A stretch of 64,000 nucleotides of DNA from Massalongia carnosa (lineage: Eukaryota). Within the stretch, counting starts at the first letter, position 1; every line of letters begins with the position of its first letter. Positions 60,561-64,000 of the stretch are shown piece by piece. The notes under the pieces were generated by a model. It had not been told where the DNA came from, made no database searches, and saw only the letters and a program-made list of their open reading frames with translations. A program made the position numbers and the translations under genes. The stretch is from assembly GCA_965645245.1 (NCBI GenBank), contig OZ287080.1, forward strand, positions 558,001 through 622,000, given 5' to 3'.

Positions 60561-62269
60561 TTAAACCTTCCCCGCTGGCGCACTGATATCCCTCCTCTCC
60601 ATCCCCACTACCATGACCCTCCTTGGTGTCCCTTGTCCCGCGGCAATACTTCTAGCGCGGCCCCTCCTGACCCGTATCTGCTCGAGCGCCTGCTCGCGCG
60701 TCATCGTTGACTGGGGGGTAAATGGTTCATCCCGGATTGTAATAGGGGTGCCAAGAAGTGGGATGGTGGTGATGGTGGTTTTGATAGTGTGCGTTTGGTT
60801 TTGGGTGCTAGTACAGCTAAAGGGGAGTATCGGGAGGGGGCGATGGAACGGCGTGGATATTGTGGGGATATGCGGAGACGTTGGGACGGTGGAGGGTGAA
60901 GGCTGTGGCGATAGTGTTGATGGGCGATGGGGTGGCGGAGGTGGTGGTGAGTCGGAGGTAGGAGTCTGTGTGGAGGTATTATGGATGAGAGGAAACTGGT
61001 GTTGTTTTGGGGGCGAGGGTGTTTTGTAAAATGTGCCGGTTGTTGGGGAGAATTTGATCAACAGTTCCGAATCTTCTAGCTCCAGGGTAGGCTGCGTTGA
61101 TGGTGCAGCAACCGGTTCATAGAATGGGTCCGAGACTTGCACAGCGGGTGAAGGCTCATGAGTCTGCTGAGACGCAGTTGTGGTTTGAGCCGCTTCCTTT
61201 ATCAGAGCATCGTCGTGCAGATACTCAACACCTTGATACTCGGCAACCCGGCATGAGCAGCATTGGAACTGGCATTCCATCTTCATATAATGAACTTGAT
61301 CCTCGGCTTTCTGCCTTATTCTCTTTTCAATCCGTAGTTCCTCTTTCAGCGCTGTCAACTCCTCTTGCTCTGCCGAATATTCCGGATCTACGTTCTCTTT
61401 AAGGCTGTCTCGGTGGACTTGCCGATTCTTTTTCTTCGGAGATGCAAATTCATCTCCTTCTCTCAGAACAGGCAATGCAATCCTTCCCTCGGCAGCGATT
61501 CTCGCAACCTCTTCATCTTTCAAACTAGTCTTCAAGGCATCTCTTTCCATTTCAATGACCTTTCTTTGCTGCCCAAGCGTTTCGAGTTGCTCTTGCAAGC
61601 CTACGAGCTGATACTGCGCCGCAAAAGTCTCCTGTTCCCGAGAATCAACCTTCCTTCGCTGCACGTCCACTTCTTCCCTCATAAGCGTGAATTTATTTCT
61701 TGCCGACTTCAATTCCTCCTGCAACTTGACCAACGCACTGGAGGACTTGAAGGCTTCCTTCCTCGCTCTTCTTACTTCCTTTTCATACAGTGTCTGCGAG
61801 TGAGCATGAGTCTCTTTCACTCTTTGCAGCTCCTCCTATCAATATTGTTAGTGAAGCGCTTGAAGCAAGTCCTCAACCATCCTACCATGACACCTTCGAC
61901 TCTTTCGGCGACCTTTCTTTCCCTCCCTCTCCCTTCTTCAATCTCTTTCCTCAAGACTCGATTCTCCTCTTTCAGTCTTCTCGTTTCGCTTTCAGCCTCC
62001 TCTCGCCCCATAACAGCCCGCTTGAGAGCGGCCTCATTGTCTTTCCGTCGCTGGATTGCCTCTTTGCTTAGATTGTTGAACTGCGCGACTTTCCCCTGAA
62101 CATCCGATGATGTCCTAGTATGAATCATGGTAAAAGGGTCACGAAGGTGCGCAAGCTCTGAAGGTAGAGAGGAGGATTGCGGAAGAATAGGCTGTCGATT
62201 TGCCCGCTCTGGGGAGACGGTGAAGAGTGGTGTGCCTGGAGAGGCGGGGAAGCTGAATTTTGGATCCAT
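60561..62269 (-). CDS. Conserved fungal coiled-coil protein of unknown function (2 exons; intron ~61885-61829)
   Basis: Long heptad-rich segments (EAALKRAVMGREEAE, YEKEVRRARKEAFKS); MKMECQFQCCSCR motif; Pro-rich tail. Confidence 0.75.
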
Positions 62270-62898
62270 GCAGTTCAAGCTACCATTTCGAACATGGAAA
62301 TTCACAAGGTATATACTTGTAGAGTTTTTGGAGAGGCAATATATACGATGCAGCTTCCCACACATGGCCGGAGAAAAGGTCTTGTTGACGCGCTTGGCGC
62401 TAGCGATTGCACGTAGCAACCATCACGTGATCGTTAGGCTATGTTGACATTGTTCGTGTTAGGTACTCGTATTTGATCAGGCTCCATGAGACAGATTTGT
62501 TGGGCCAGCTTTATAAGTAGCAATCAAAAAGATAACTGCATAAGATTGCGCACACAACATTAATATCACTATAGCTTATTGAAATCATCGCCAGTGCCTA
62601 TAGCTAAGCACATGCACGTAGTTATTGTGATATTATAACAATATCCATCTCAATGTCTCCACTATATCGATTTTGTCAACATTAAACGTATCATTCTCTG
62701 ACCTGCCTCCTTTACTTCTCCAATTATATTGTGTGGGCACTTATAGTGCGATAGTTCTAAAGATTTCTCTGGAAACGTTGGGGGTGGATCCATTGCTGGT
62801 TATTGGTTCTCGACATGTTTGAACCCTTTTTGAGTATTTTTGTTCAGCTCGAACCCCCGCTCAAGTCTCGCCTATAACTTGCAGTTGCTGTTCTATTC

Positions 62899-64000
62899 CT
62901 ACGAATTCTTCGCTTTCCTTGGGAGGCTTGGTCTAGGGCCCGAAGGCTTCTTCACTAGGTTCTGTCTTGGCCCTTTGTTCCAGCGATTTTCCATGGATTG
63001 GATCTTTCGCCGTTTATGAGGTGGGGTTGTTTCTTGATTTTCCTTCGTATTGTTCCTCTTGAGACTTCCCCCTTTCTGATTCATCAAAGACTTGGCTTTA
63101 AGCTTGAAATCTTGGCTAAGAGCTTCCGAAATTTCGTCGTTGAGCTGCCACATAACTTGCCTTCCGCTGTTCATATCGTTTCCTTCACGATCATAGATTT
63201 TTTGCACAAACGCACCCTGGCGAACGAGGTTGTCTATTGCGATAGGACGATAAGGAGCCGGATACCTACGAATATGGCGAGAGAAATCAACAAAATCTCT
63301 CACGTGATATAGCTCCTCAATATTCTCCAGGCTCATAGGGTTCTTGCCGAAAGGCTCCCCGCAGAGGAGGCGGTCTTCGCCTCGAATAGCAAGCGAACGA
63401 CACAATATCGAAAGATCGAGGCAGCGTTCGAGGCAATGGAGATGAACGTACCCGGCGTTGTGCTGAGGATCATGGTTTGGGTGTGAATGGCTTAGCTCAT
63501 CGAATGCCACCCGAACTTTTCCTACTTTGATAACGTTCTTATACTCGGAGCAGGCCTCGAAGCGGCAAATCTCCGCAAGGGGGCCGCTGGCGCGGGAGAG
63601 GCGTGCAGGTGGGGTTCGTTGGATCCAAAGTCTGAGTCCGCCATTGAGGGAGTTAAAGCAGTTTGTGGTCCCATGGAGAGGATGTCGAACGAGATACTGA
63701 GCCATTTCCATTACCGAGTAAGTACGACCGGGCTCAAGTTCTCCGTGAATATTGTACCTGAAGCATTTCCAGTCACGGGGGGCTTTCGATAGCGGCTCAT
63801 AGCTGGTCAACTCTGTCTTGTTGATTGGAACGCTATCATCTGCGTTAAGGGACAAAGTACTATCACTATGTGGATCCGGGTCGAGTGACAAAGTAGAGTT
63901 CTCGCTGGTAGACGTTTCGCCTGATGGCGTTTGCTCTTCAAACGACGTTGGGCTGTTTTCCTCCAAGTTTGATTCAATCGGCCGATTTGGATAAGGAGAA
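62899..64000 (-). CDS. 3' part of a conserved fungal hypothetical protein, running off the window edge
   Basis: Open frame of more than 355 aa with LRLWIQRTP, CRFEAC, RVAFDE and DPQHNAGYVHLHCLER. Confidence 0.7.
   Translation of the reverse strand, partial: SPYPNRPIESNLEENSPTSFEEQTPSGETSTSENSTLSLDPDPHSDSTLSLNADDSVPINKTELTSYEPLSKAPRDWKCFRYNIHGELEPGRTYSVMEMAQYLVRHPLHGTTNCFNSLNGGLRLWIQRTPPARLSRASGPLAEICRFEACSEYKNVIKVGKVRVAFDELSHSHPNHDPQHNAGYVHLHCLERCLDLSILCRSLAIRGEDRLLCGEPFGKNPMSLENIEELYHVRDFVDFSRHIRRYPAPYRPIAIDNLVRQGAFVQKIYDREGNDMNSGRQVMWQLNDEISEALSQDFKLKAKSLMNQKGGSLKRNNTKENQETTPPHKRRKIQSMENRWNKGPRQNLVKKPSGPRPSLPRKAKNS

Overview
Eukaryotic, intron-rich filamentous ascomycete (Pezizomycotina) DNA: short GT-AG introns with CTRAY branch points, and fungal LHS1, DML1/Misato, Usa1-like and DUF2347/DUF4484 genes. 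A lichen-forming fungus is plausible but is only an inference. The left ~39 kb is an accessory zone. It holds small secreted proteins, an intronless bacterial-type methylaspartate ammonia-lyase, decayed genes (LRR, NACHT/NLR-like, HNH, MDR), a Tc1/mariner relic, an intact Tad-clade LINE with a 14-bp TSD, a 5'-truncated LINE, and an 891-bp non-autonomous Copia-type LTR element inside a BTB gene. The right ~24 kb is conserved core genes. The most striking observation is a tRNA-Lys(CUU) gene (35178-35312, minus). It folds into a complete cloverleaf only after removing a 62-nt intron in the D-arm (positions 22/23). That intron looks spliceosomal (CAG|GTATGA...GCTGAC...TAG) rather than like a tRNA-endonuclease intron. 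All gene models were read by eye and no database searches were run.
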